Of a DNA stretch of 64,000 bases, positions 36,345-46,329 are shown piece by piece; the first letter of the stretch is position 1; each line of letters starts with the position of its first letter. The notes beneath the pieces were generated by a model that saw nothing but the letters and a program-made list of their open reading frames with translations, was not told the DNA's origin and did no database searches. Both the position numbers and the translations under genes were made by a program. Source of the DNA: an uncultured Pseudomonadota bacterium (GTDB taxonomy: Bacteria > Vulcanimicrobiota > Vulcanimicrobiia > Eremiobacterales > Eremiobacteraceae); the NCBI GenBank assembly GCA_963736005.1, contig CAVTNB010000001.1:1568001-1632000 (forward strand), read 5' to 3'.

Positions 36345-37535
36345 TTATTCGAAACTGGCATCGCCATCGTAGGCGGACGGATCCCAAAAGCGCGCATCAC
36401 GTAACTCTGTATCCAAACCCGGATCAGCCGCGCAGTAATAGAACTTCCAATTCGACAGTTTTCTACGGTAGGGCGCGCAGTCGTCAAAGGCCCGCATCTT
36501 GGGCACCCCGCGACCGAGATTTTCTAGGATATACACGTCTTCTTTGGCACATCGCTGTAGCGCGGCCGCAAGTAGTGTGGGCAATAGATCCGGTTCGGGT
36601 TCAATGCACTGATAATCGACCAGACGCATGGCGCGAATGCCCTGCGTATCATTATGTGGCAAAGCGGGAAGCCGGAAAGCGTGGTCCTGACGAGTGAGCG
36701 TGCAATACGCATGCAACTTGTTATTTCGGCACGCGGTAAATACCCACAATCGTCCTTTGCGCATTGGCGCGCCAAAGTGCCACGAAAGGGCACGGCTGGT
36801 GCGCTCAGCGAGCAGCTTCTCTGGGTTTCGCCGAACGAGCTCGTCCCAAAAGGCATCAAATCGTGCGTCGAATCGGTCCGTGGTTTCTATGGTGAACGAA
36901 CCTGCATTTTTTGGGAGCGTGTAGTTCGATAGAGTATCTCTTAACCACAAGGCTGCGCTGGCTGGATATGATAGCGACCGCGTAAACGGAAGCCGTAGCC
37001 TCTCCAAGGCTCGTTGCGTGAATCCCCGGTATCCAGTGACCAAATATGCCATGCTCTCCCATTCACCCAATGGAATGCGAGATGAAAGCTGACTAAACGG
37101 AGCATGTGCGTCACGGCTGACCGTGTTGTTGATAAACAAATCAACGGGCTGACTGAAATACTCGTCCATCAGCTGAAGCGCAAATCCGCGGTATGGCGCC
37201 GCGACGAACCAAAAGCGTCCGGCGGCTGAGACGAGGTCGTCCCCCCGAAACTTGAAAAGCGCCCAAACCGTCCCCATAGTACCGACCATCTCACCACTTC
37301 GGCTTTCGAGCACCCAGCCGATCGGAAAATCGTTAGCGAAGCGAGTCCGTAGCGGATTGTCAAGCCAGAGGCGGCGCCAGTCTTCCCGCGCTGGAACGTC
37401 CGAGGCATGCGCCAACGCGAGCTGTTGAATTTTTTCGTAATCATCCAAGCACGCAAGCCGTAATCGTGGAGGCCCAAGCGCCGGGCTCATCGGCGAAAGG
37501 TTTTCGATTGTTGTGCTCACCGCTACGCCCCGCAT
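36345..37535 (-). CDS. GNAT-fold acyltransferase-like protein (paralogue 2)
   Basis: WLDNP, IGWVLE, WFVAAPYRG; clearly paralogous to 37551-38735. Confidence 0.6.
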   Translation of the reverse strand: MRGVAVSTTIENLSPMSPALGPPRLRLACLDDYEKIQQLALAHASDVPAREDWRRLWLDNPLRTRFANDFPIGWVLESRSGEMVGTMGTVWALFKFRGDDLVSAAGRFWFVAAPYRGFALQLMDEYFSQPVDLFINNTVSRDAHAPFSQLSSRIPLGEWESMAYLVTGYRGFTQRALERLRLPFTRSLSYPASAALWLRDTLSNYTLPKNAGSFTIETTDRFDARFDAFWDELVRRNPEKLLAERTSRALSWHFGAPMRKGRLWVFTACRNNKLHAYCTLTRQDHAFRLPALPHNDTQGIRAMRLVDYQCIEPEPDLLPTLLAAALQRCAKEDVYILENLGRGVPKMRAFDDCAPYRRKLSNWKFYYCAADPGLDTELRDARFWDPSAYDGDASFE

Positions 37536-37550
37536 TCGATCGTCGGATGT

Positions 37551-38735
37551 TTATTCAAAACTCGCATCCCCATCGTAGGCGGATGGCTCCCAGCATTTCG
37601 GCTGGCATAGTTCCTCATCTAAGGCCGGATCGGACGCGCGGTAAGCGAACTTCCAGTTGTCGAGCTTCGAACTGTAGGGTGCGCACTCGTCGAAGACGCG
37701 CATCTTCGGCACTCCGCGTCCCAAATTTTCTAGGAAATCAACATGCTCGATGGTGCATCGCGCAAGCGCGGCCGTCAACAGACCGGGCAGCAGATCGACG
37801 TCCGCTTCGATGCTCTGATAATCGGCTAAGCGCATGCCCCGAAACGTTTTCGTGTCGCCGTTAGGCAGCTCGAACGTGTGGTCTTGCTGCGTGAGCACGC
37901 AATACGCCCGAAGCTGCCGGTTTCGCGACGCAGTAAATATCCACAATCGACCTCTGCGCATTGGTATGGCAAAATGCCATGAAAGCGTTTTGCTATCCCG
38001 CTGCGCCATCAGTTTGTCATGGCCTTGTCGGAGCAATTCGCTCCAGAGTAGATCAAAGCGGGAGTCGAATCGGTTCACGTTCTCGATCGCAAATGAGCCT
38101 GGCAGGCGCGGAACCCGTTTGTTAAACAAGGCTTCCTTGAATCGGAGTGCGGCGCCAGCGGAGCCCGCCAGGGGCGCTGCGAACGGCACGCCCCGCCTTC
38201 GTAATGCCTTCTCTGCAAATTCGCGGTATGAGGTGACCCAATACGAAACAGTCTGCCAATCCCCCAACGGAATTCGAGACGAAAGCAGGTCAAACGTCTC
38301 GCTTGCGTCCGGGCTGACCGTCGTGTTGATGAATAGATCAGCGGGCTGACTAAAATACTCATCCATCAGTTGAAGCGCAAATCCACGATATGGCGTTGCG
38401 ACGAGCCACGTGCGCCCAACCGCCGAGACGAGATCGTCGCCGCGGAATTTGTACAGTGTTGGCACCGATCCTAGAATTCCAACTATTTCCCCGGCTGTCG
38501 CCTCGAGCACCCAGCCGATCGGAAAAGCTTTGCCCGTCCGAGACCAAAGCGGGTTATCGGCCCATATTCCGCGCCAGTCCTCGTACGGAAGGGACCTGAA
38601 AGCGCTCGTCGATAAGAACTCGGTAGTTTCTTCGTAATCGTCAAATCGGAGAAGGCGTAGCTTCGGAGCGGAAGTCGCGTAGCCAGACGCCGTAAGCGAT
38701 TGCGCGCGTGGAGATGTTTCGACAGCATTGCTCAT
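37551..38735 (-). CDS. GNAT-fold acyltransferase-like protein (paralogue 1)
   Basis: WADNP, IGWVLE, WLVATPYRG; ATGA-coupled to the P450 gene. Confidence 0.6.
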   Translation of the reverse strand: MSNAVETSPRAQSLTASGYATSAPKLRLLRFDDYEETTEFLSTSAFRSLPYEDWRGIWADNPLWSRTGKAFPIGWVLEATAGEIVGILGSVPTLYKFRGDDLVSAVGRTWLVATPYRGFALQLMDEYFSQPADLFINTTVSPDASETFDLLSSRIPLGDWQTVSYWVTSYREFAEKALRRRGVPFAAPLAGSAGAALRFKEALFNKRVPRLPGSFAIENVNRFDSRFDLLWSELLRQGHDKLMAQRDSKTLSWHFAIPMRRGRLWIFTASRNRQLRAYCVLTQQDHTFELPNGDTKTFRGMRLADYQSIEADVDLLPGLLTAALARCTIEHVDFLENLGRGVPKMRVFDECAPYSSKLDNWKFAYRASDPALDEELCQPKCWEPSAYDGDASFE

Positions 38736-39970
38736 GCGTTGGTCCCATACAAGAGCGGCAGTGATTTCAGACCGCGCAAGCCCAGGTTCTCGCGCCAGAC
38801 GAGTTTCTCGCCGGTGAGTCCAAGCACAGGGAATCGGCGCAAGAGCGTTTCGAAGGCGATTTGTCCTTCGAGGCGCGCCAGTGGCGCGCCGAAACAGAAA
38901 TGGGCCGCCCATCCGAATGCGAGATGCCGGTTGTCCGGCCGATCGAAGTCGAGCCGATCCGGATCGGGAAATCGCTCGGGGTCCCGGTTACCGGCGGCCA
39001 TGACCGCAATCACCGCCTCCCTTTTGCGAATTTGCTTCCCGCCGAGCACGACGTCGTCCGGTGCTAGGCGCGCAGTATGCTGACTTGGGCTTTCATACCG
39101 CAGCAGTTCCTCGACAGCCGCAGCCATGATCTGGCTGTCGGTTCGGAGACGCGTCATTTGGTCCGGATTACGCAACAGCGAAAGCATGCCGTTGGCAATC
39201 AGGTTGGTGGTGGTTTCCTGGCCTCCAACCATCGTGACGATGGAGTTTGCGGCGACCTCTGCGTCGGTTAGGCGATCGCCGTCCACTTCGCTGGACATCA
39301 GCGCATGAACCAATCCGTCGCGAGGGTTTTTCCGCTGCTCGCGGATGGCATTTTCGAAATAAGCGGTGAGATTTTCGAGCGCGCGCTGCACGCCGCCAAG
39401 CCGGTCGGGATTGTGTTGAAAATTGCCGAGCATCTCGGCAAACGTGGCGGACCAATCTTTCAGTTTTTCGTGATCTTCCACCGGCACGCCCAGCATTTCG
39501 GCTGTCACGATGGCGGGAAGCGGCGCAGCGAAGTCGGCGAGCAGGTCCATGCGCCCCGTGCCGCGTGCGAGGATGTCGTCGATGAGCTTTGTCGCGATTT
39601 CCTGAATGTGATCGCGTAGGGCGCGAACACGCTCGGGCATGAAAGCCGGTGCAGCCAATTTGCGCAGGCGCGTGTGCGCCGGCGGATCGAGGAAAAGCAT
39701 CTGCTTGACCATCACCTTGGCGATCGGGCTCACCTCCGGCGCGCCCAAAGCCTCAAAGAAATCGGGTGATGGTGCACGATCGGCGGAAAATCGCGTGAGG
39801 ACGGTGATCACATCCGCATATCGCGTAACTATCCAGGCATGGAGATAGGGATCCCAATGAACGGGGTCCTCCGTGCGGAGGCGGCGATAGAGCGGATAGG
39901 GATTCGCAAGCACCTCCGGATCCAGAAGATGGTAAAGACTCAGCGGGACTTGGACCGCCGCATCCGCCAT
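38732..39970 (-). CDS. Cytochrome P450
   Basis: DPPAHTRLR, GGQETT, EELLR, HLAFGWAAHFCFG. Confidence 0.95.
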   Translation of the reverse strand: MADAAVQVPLSLYHLLDPEVLANPYPLYRRLRTEDPVHWDPYLHAWIVTRYADVITVLTRFSADRAPSPDFFEALGAPEVSPIAKVMVKQMLFLDPPAHTRLRKLAAPAFMPERVRALRDHIQEIATKLIDDILARGTGRMDLLADFAAPLPAIVTAEMLGVPVEDHEKLKDWSATFAEMLGNFQHNPDRLGGVQRALENLTAYFENAIREQRKNPRDGLVHALMSSEVDGDRLTDAEVAANSIVTMVGGQETTTNLIANGMLSLLRNPDQMTRLRTDSQIMAAAVEELLRYESPSQHTARLAPDDVVLGGKQIRKREAVIAVMAAGNRDPERFPDPDRLDFDRPDNRHLAFGWAAHFCFGAPLARLEGQIAFETLLRRFPVLGLTGEKLVWRENLGLRGLKSLPLLYGTNA

Positions 39971-39984
39971 GGAGTGATCTTCCT

Positions 39985-41814
39985 TTACTGAGACTTGGTC
40001 AGCCGCGCGACTTCGGTCGACAAGTCGGCGACGGTTGGTGCGGTGAAGAGCTGCCGAAGCGTCAATTTCACACCGAAAACATCCCGAATACGCGCCACGA
40101 GCTGTACGCCCAGCATCGAATGACCGCCCACCATGAAGAAGTTGTCGCCAGCTTCGATGCCTGGCCGCCCCAAGAGAGACGCGACCAATGCGGAGATCTG
40201 CTGCTGCAAACCGTTGTGCTCGCTGGGGGCTTCGTTCGAAACCACGCGGTCTGGCAAGAGATTGTCGGCGCAGGGTGGGGGAAGGGCTGACGTATCAAGC
40301 TTTCCGTTCGCTGTCAGCGGCAACTCGAGAATTGATACAAAGAACGCAGGGACCATGTAATCGGGTAGGCGGGCTGCGAGAAATTCGCGGAGCTCCTGGG
40401 CCGTCAGGCGTGCATCGCAGGCGGGAACGACATAGGCGATCAAAGTGGGTCCGGCATCGCCGATATCCTGCACTGATACGGCGCTGGCCTCGATTCCAGC
40501 AAAGCGGTTAAGGGAAGTAACGATCTCACAAAGCTCGATGCGATATCCGCGGATCTTCACCTGATCGTCGAGGCGACCAAGAAATGCGATGTCCCCATTT
40601 TCCAAAAGGCGGGCGCGGTCACCCGTGCGATAGATGCGCGCAAGCTCTCCGGATGCAGACAAGTACGTGACAAATCGGTTTGCGGTGAGCTCCGGAAGGT
40701 TGCGATATCCGCGACCAACCAGCGCACCGCCAATGCACAGTTCTCCCTCTTCGCCGGGTGCTACCGCTCGGAGCGCATCGTCGAGGATCAGTGCTGTCGC
40801 ATTCGCAATTGGCCGGCCAATGGATGGCTGACCGCCGGCGTCTCCATCCGGCGACACGATGCCCGATGTCGCCACCACCGTGCACTCGGTCGGGCCGTAG
40901 TTGTTGACCACAAGAAATGGTAACTCGGCCGCGGGCCGGTGGTGAAGCGTATCGCCCCCGGTCAGCAGCGTGCGAAGAGCCGTCTCCGCGGGCCAGCTTG
41001 CCCGAAGCAGTTGCTCGGCGATGGCGGTCGGGGCGAAACCAATGGTTATCTTTTGCGCGACGATCCAGTCACGAAGCGCCTGCGGCGAACGGCGAGTCAA
41101 TTCATCAGCAATATGCAGGCTCGCGCCCGCCGTAAGGTACGGCCAAATTTCCCAAACCGCCGCGTCAAATCCAAGACCGGCAACCTGGCTGGCGCGGTCA
41201 GTTGCCGTCACCTTAAATGCCAACTGATGCCAGTCAATGAGATTGCTCAGACTCGCGTGGGTTATCTCGACCCCTTTGGGATGCCCCGTCGAACCCGACG
41301 TATAGATAACATAGGCCAGACTTTTCGGATCGGTTTGGAATTTTGTGAACGCGATCGAACCGGGCTTGTCCGGGATGTCAACTTCTATCACGCGCCATGG
41401 GCCTGCCGGCAAACTCTGTACCTTGTGCGAATCGGTAAGCAGCACGAGAGCCCCAGCGTCGGCGAGAATAGCGCCAACTCGATCCGCGGGGTTGGACGAG
41501 TCCAACGGTACGTACGCAGCGCCGCTTTTCATCACCGCCAACGCGGTGACGATAAACTGGGCCGAGCGTTCCAGAAACAGTCCGATGCAGTGCTCCTGGC
41601 CCGCGCCAGCTTGTTGCAGTCGCGCCGCCAACAGGTCGGACTGACGCTCGATCTCCCCGTACGTCAGCTGAGCCTGTCCATCCACTATGGCAATGTGGTT
41701 TGGCGCGATCGTGGCGCGGCGAGCGATCCGAGCGGGAATTGAATCGGCGAGATGAGAGATTGGGGAATTTTCTCTTCCCGGCTCGATGTCGCTTTGCAGA
41801 ACGAATGACGCCAT
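39985..41814 (-). CDS. Stand-alone NRPS adenylation-thiolation didomain (Leu-type code)
   Basis: YTSGSTGHPKG, YGPTE, YRTGD, NGK; carrier motif DNFFMVGGHSML; manual code DAWFLGNVVK. Confidence 0.93.
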   Translation of the reverse strand: MASFVLQSDIEPGRENSPISHLADSIPARIARRATIAPNHIAIVDGQAQLTYGEIERQSDLLAARLQQAGAGQEHCIGLFLERSAQFIVTALAVMKSGAAYVPLDSSNPADRVGAILADAGALVLLTDSHKVQSLPAGPWRVIEVDIPDKPGSIAFTKFQTDPKSLAYVIYTSGSTGHPKGVEITHASLSNLIDWHQLAFKVTATDRASQVAGLGFDAAVWEIWPYLTAGASLHIADELTRRSPQALRDWIVAQKITIGFAPTAIAEQLLRASWPAETALRTLLTGGDTLHHRPAAELPFLVVNNYGPTECTVVATSGIVSPDGDAGGQPSIGRPIANATALILDDALRAVAPGEEGELCIGGALVGRGYRNLPELTANRFVTYLSASGELARIYRTGDRARLLENGDIAFLGRLDDQVKIRGYRIELCEIVTSLNRFAGIEASAVSVQDIGDAGPTLIAYVVPACDARLTAQELREFLAARLPDYMVPAFFVSILELPLTANGKLDTSALPPPCADNLLPDRVVSNEAPSEHNGLQQQISALVASLLGRPGIEAGDNFFMVGGHSMLGVQLVARIRDVFGVKLTLRQLFTAPTVADLSTEVARLTKSQ

Positions 41815-41926
41815 GGATGTTACCCTCGGCCTCTAGAAAAACAAAAATAATTCTCACCGCGGCGGAATGAGGTCATGCGAACTTCTGCCAATTCACGACA
41901 CGACTCCGACACCGTATGCAACGAGC

Positions 41927-43114
41927 TTACCGAGACCATGTGCAAGGGTCCATCCCAAACGCTAGGGATTTAGAGTCGCTCGCATTTCCTGCGGTAAATT
42001 GCGCATAGATTCTCTCTGTCTCGGAAGCAACATGGTCCCATGAATACTCAATTGCAGTCGCTAAGCCCCCGCGTCGTAAAGCGTTCCAGCGAGGTGGATC
42101 GCCCATCAGCCTTGTTATCTCTTCTTCCAAAGCTCGGGTGTCTCCGACCGGCACGAGGATGCCATTGCGCCCGCTTTCGATATAGGACATTGGACCAGGC
42201 GTAGCCGCCACCACCGGTACCACCCCACATGCCATCGCCTCGAGCGGCGCGATTGCAAAGCCTTCAAACAATGACGGAAAGGCTAAGATGTGGTAGCCCG
42301 CGAGAAGACTTGGTAGCCGGTCGTTTTCATACGCCGGCACCACGTGGATGCGGTTTCGGATCTCGCTCGGATATTCGGCGAGCACGCTTTCCCGATCCAC
42401 CATCGTTCCGAATAATCCCAACGTCGAATGGGGATTCTTGCTCAACACGGAGCGCATCGCTACGCGTAGATAGGTCGCCCCCTTTAAGTCGCTATAACGC
42501 CCAATGAAGGCAACGTTCTTTGGCGAGCCAATGGGAAGTTTTTGATTCAGTAGCGACTTCGCACTCTGGACAAAGCAATCCCCAATACCGTTTCTTACGC
42601 GAACGGCACGGCTGGGATCAACACCAAGGCGCTCAACTGCATATTGGAGCTCGACACCGTTAAGAAATAGCGCTGCGTTCGCAAGTGAAAGCGACGTCCG
42701 GCATTCCCATAATCGAAATCCGCCCTTGTAGATGGGATACGTCCAAGAAAGCTTCAGAGCCCCGGATCTGCTTGCCTCTACGCGGGCTTCGTGGAGGAGG
42801 TGCTCGAGACCATGGCTGCGCGCGATGACAACCTGCGGCGACGTGCGCGGCAACACTTTCCGAAGGACGCTCAAAACCCAACCATCGCGCGACGATAAGT
42901 CTAAAACATCATAGGGCGGATGTGTGGCAATAAACGACGCAACAAACCACGGGTACAAGTAGGGTTTGAACCGGTCTGGAGCGGACACTCGCTCAAACGA
43001 CAGTATGTCGACCGTGTGACCGCGGCGGCGGAGTGCGTCCGCCAGCTGGCAAGTAACACCCCCCGTGCCGGTTTTTGGATCCAGATCTTGATGAATGGAC
43101 ATCAATACGCGCAT
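41927..43114 (-). CDS. GT4 glycosyltransferase
   Basis: FPSLFEGFAIAPLEAMACG. Confidence 0.9.
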   Translation of the reverse strand: MRVLMSIHQDLDPKTGTGGVTCQLADALRRRGHTVDILSFERVSAPDRFKPYLYPWFVASFIATHPPYDVLDLSSRDGWVLSVLRKVLPRTSPQVVIARSHGLEHLLHEARVEASRSGALKLSWTYPIYKGGFRLWECRTSLSLANAALFLNGVELQYAVERLGVDPSRAVRVRNGIGDCFVQSAKSLLNQKLPIGSPKNVAFIGRYSDLKGATYLRVAMRSVLSKNPHSTLGLFGTMVDRESVLAEYPSEIRNRIHVVPAYENDRLPSLLAGYHILAFPSLFEGFAIAPLEAMACGVVPVVAATPGPMSYIESGRNGILVPVGDTRALEEEITRLMGDPPRWNALRRGGLATAIEYSWDHVASETERIYAQFTAGNASDSKSLAFGMDPCTWSR

Positions 43115-43123
43115 GGTCTTGGA

Positions 43124-44653
43124 CTACCCAGCCCGTCCGGATCGCAGGAACTGCTCTTTCATCCACTTGGAAAACCGAGGGAGATCAAAGAATTGCTTCT
43201 TTCCGTCGAAGAAAATTCTGCTCCCATCAATGGAGAGCGTGTGCAAACCATGCGGGAAGGGGCCACGCCGATCCGGCCTGAGCACAGCAACGGTTTCTTC
43301 TTCGTAATAACCCGGTGTGCAGACACGGACAAGGTTCAGCGCTAACGCTGCGCCGTATGTAGTGGAGCAATCTTGCGCCGGCCGATACAGCTTCCCGCCC
43401 GATACAAACGGCGTGCCTCCTGACCGCGAGGATCGTATGTCGATCTTGACGGGATTGAGGGGATGAGGGACCCACGGTCCCTCGAGTTGCGCCGAATATA
43501 GTAGGCAAAGGTTGTCATCGGTTCCGACGGCAAGATCCGTGTACGCAATCCAATAGAACCCATCATGCTTGAACAGCGTGGGATCGGCGATCCGCGTGCC
43601 TCTGTCTATGACGCACATGGCGCGCGCTTCGGTTCCGGAAAGGAGTTCAAAAAGGATCAGTTCTCTGAATGCGGCCATTTCTGGCAGCAAAAACGTGCGT
43701 TCATGCTCCCGGTAAATAAATGGGTATGACAAATGCGCAACCCCAACGTTCAAATCTACCGCTTGCTCGTTGGAGACTTTCCCCCGGTCGAACGCCACCG
43801 TGCGCAGCGTGCCCAGGCGCGTACGGTAGTCATATCGCTCGCAGAGAAACACGTTCGATTGGCCAGGCAAGGGAAAGGGGTCGGCAAGATATGCGTCGCG
43901 CGATGGCGACACAATCCATGAATCTGCGCGCAGAATTTGAGAACGAGTCAATGAATCAATGGGAGTATTGAGCACGCCGATCGCCCAGCGCTCGTTGCAG
44001 GCCGCGTGCCGCACGGTCATGATGGCCTTCGCAAAGCGCGCTCTGAGCAGTCCGACTGCCACGTGCGTTCTCGTACGGGTCGGAATTCTCGGAGTAATGT
44101 TCCAACGTTTTACCGTCGCATATCCGTTCTCGCGAAGAGCGGATGCCATGAGATGCGCCGCAACGTGACCGACTCGATTCAGCAGGTCCTTGTACCGCCG
44201 GCAACTTGAAATATGCGCTTCCCCAATGACCGTCCAACCGCGGCCGTCGGCTGCACGTTCAACTAAGAAAATGGATGCGACAAACGGAGCGCGGTGGCAT
44301 CGCTCTAAGAAGCAAAACGGATTGAGTATTGGCTCGCCGCTGTTATCCACCACTCGCCAAAAACGTCCGGCGGAAACTCCGACGAGGTCACAGCCGAAGA
44401 AATCGATAGCAATATCCGCTGCGTCCTGATTCCAAGTCGAGGCACGTGCGGATCGCTTGGCTTCCCACCACTGGAGTCTGCTGCCCAATACCGTGGCCAT
44501 CCACTGCTTAGGCGCTGACAAAGCTCGACCGTGACCGGATACTGTGGCTAGCGCCGAAACAGACGAACCAAGGAGAACGCCAAATGGGGAGGTCGGCTCT
44601 ACGCCTTGGAAACAAATCCGCGGCGCCAGTTTAGGGCTTCGGAGAGCATTCAT
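43124..44653 (-). CDS. GINT1-like / five-bladed beta-propeller carbohydrate-active protein
   Basis: YLADPF, HLSYPF, ADPTLF, HPLNPV, YRPAQDC; ATG 44653 follows the flippase stop. Confidence 0.7.
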   Translation of the reverse strand: MNALRSPKLAPRICFQGVEPTSPFGVLLGSSVSALATVSGHGRALSAPKQWMATVLGSRLQWWEAKRSARASTWNQDAADIAIDFFGCDLVGVSAGRFWRVVDNSGEPILNPFCFLERCHRAPFVASIFLVERAADGRGWTVIGEAHISSCRRYKDLLNRVGHVAAHLMASALRENGYATVKRWNITPRIPTRTRTHVAVGLLRARFAKAIMTVRHAACNERWAIGVLNTPIDSLTRSQILRADSWIVSPSRDAYLADPFPLPGQSNVFLCERYDYRTRLGTLRTVAFDRGKVSNEQAVDLNVGVAHLSYPFIYREHERTFLLPEMAAFRELILFELLSGTEARAMCVIDRGTRIADPTLFKHDGFYWIAYTDLAVGTDDNLCLLYSAQLEGPWVPHPLNPVKIDIRSSRSGGTPFVSGGKLYRPAQDCSTTYGAALALNLVRVCTPGYYEEETVAVLRPDRRGPFPHGLHTLSIDGSRIFFDGKKQFFDLPRFSKWMKEQFLRSGRAG

Positions 44654-44655
44654 AG

Positions 44656-45972
44656 CTAGCGGCTCTTCATCCAAGCGAGATCCGAGAGCGAGATGATGAG
44701 CCGGGGCACACGGACTCCAAGCGTCAGCGGCATCGCCAGTAAAACGCAACCCAAGCGTACCAGCGCAGCAATCAGCAACGAGAGGGCGGCGCCAACTGTT
44801 CCGTAAGCGGGAACGAGCAGCAACATCGAGCCTAGTGAAACTCCAAATCCAAGGGTTTGGATAAGGGTTACCATACCTGGCCGTCCGCTCCCGACGTACA
44901 GCTGGTAGAGCAGTTGGACGACATTGGAACAAACACCAGCGATCAGCAAGATACTCAGCGGGCCGCTTGCACCGGCGAACTTCGCGCCATAAAGAAGCGA
45001 AAGCAGATGCGGCCCGAGCAGACCAATGCAAAGAGCCGCCGCCGCATTGATTGTACCAAGGACCCTCACGGCTGCGGCGACGGTCTCGGTGATGGCCTGC
45101 GTTGGACGGGCCGCAAGTGACGGAAAGAGCACCGTCGTCGCCGACGCTGGCAGCACATTGAGTAGTCGCGATAGGCTCAGCCCGACAACATACACTCCCA
45201 ACGCAGCAGGCGGCATCATCGCCGCAATGACAATTTGATCGAGATATGGTGAAAGCGTTGCCAGTACATCGTCCCCGTAGATGCGTATACCGTAGTGGAG
45301 CAGCCGGATGAATTGCTGCGCCTGAAGGTTCACCCATGCGGTGGTTCGATACCCAACAAGGAGAGCAAGATACGCAAAGACGAGCACGGAGGGGCCAAGG
45401 TAGGCAGCAGCTGCAGTCGCAGGAGTAAGGTGCTTCAGCGCGATCAAGAGGCCTAGCACGACCAAGGTGCAGACGCTCTGCAGATATGCAGATTGATTTG
45501 CCGCCACGAAACGCGCCCGCGCTTCAAGAACCGCTGTGAACGTTGAGGATGCGCTGATCAGCGGTGTGACGACAAGGAAAGCCCGTCCAAGCTCGATGAT
45601 GTTGCTGCTATACTTTGTCAACCACAGAGGCTCAAGGAACCACCCGGCGACCATGGCGACCAAGCCGGCAAAGAATGTTAGCTGAAGATTTATCGAGATG
45701 TAATCCCGCTCGTGCTCGGGGTCTGCTTTGACATTGAAGATGAGGGAACCGTGAAGCCCAAGCGTCGCCAGTCCCGCGAGGATTTGGGGCGCCACGATGA
45801 GTGCCGCTAGCTCTCCGCGCCCTTGCGGTCCGAGCAATGCCGCCGTCAGGAGGCCGGTACAGATATTGACAGCGATCGACACCGAACGCAGCATCGTCAC
45901 CTGCGCGATCGCCATGCGCCGGCTGCCGGTTGGCAAGAGACGAAAGATTGGTAGCAGAGCGTTGATTCGCAC
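44656..45972 (-). CDS. Wzx-type oligosaccharide flippase
   Basis: ALLGPQGRG, YLDQIVI, TVLFP, YGTVGAA; multiple TM helices. Confidence 0.88.
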   Translation of the reverse strand: MRINALLPIFRLLPTGSRRMAIAQVTMLRSVSIAVNICTGLLTAALLGPQGRGELAALIVAPQILAGLATLGLHGSLIFNVKADPEHERDYISINLQLTFFAGLVAMVAGWFLEPLWLTKYSSNIIELGRAFLVVTPLISASSTFTAVLEARARFVAANQSAYLQSVCTLVVLGLLIALKHLTPATAAAAYLGPSVLVFAYLALLVGYRTTAWVNLQAQQFIRLLHYGIRIYGDDVLATLSPYLDQIVIAAMMPPAALGVYVVGLSLSRLLNVLPASATTVLFPSLAARPTQAITETVAAAVRVLGTINAAAALCIGLLGPHLLSLLYGAKFAGASGPLSILLIAGVCSNVVQLLYQLYVGSGRPGMVTLIQTLGFGVSLGSMLLLVPAYGTVGAALSLLIAALVRLGCVLLAMPLTLGVRVPRLIISLSDLAWMKSR

Positions 45973-45975
45973 GAG

Positions 45976-46320
45976 TTAGTCGGTGTGTCGATATGCCCGT
46001 TCTATGTACAGGGCAATAGTCGGGCGGGACTTATGCTTGATTGAGAAGATTCGAACAGCGAGCGGAAGATCGATGACGAAGTCTGCTTCTCCAGCTGCAA
46101 AGATGGCCTGTGACTGGGCGATGATACTCTCCACCACACTGCTTAGACCGAAAGGTAAACTGCGGCAACTTTGACTGCCATTCGATTCACGCTCGCTGGC
46201 AAAGACTCTACCATCGCCGTCCAGCAAGAACAGCATACCGCCTCGGCGCGAGGAAACCAGGCCGCGAGATGACCAGTGAGACATGCATTGTATCGTACAC
46301 GTGGAGCGCCCAATATGCAT
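45976..46320 (-). CDS. Small protein resembling the N-terminal domain of the 56653-57237 regulator
   Basis: LFLLDGDGRV / LP..L..VVESII / LAVRIFSI / IALYIER pattern. Confidence 0.5.
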   Translation of the reverse strand: MHIGRSTCTIQCMSHWSSRGLVSSRRGGMLFLLDGDGRVFASERESNGSQSCRSLPFGLSSVVESIIAQSQAIFAAGEADFVIDLPLAVRIFSIKHKSRPTIALYIERAYRHTD

Positions 46321-46329
46321 CCCAATGTA

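Noticed and set aside
43124..45337. 737-aa ORF as called
   Set aside because: Its first 228 codons overlap the flippase gene in another frame; the real start is ATG 44653.
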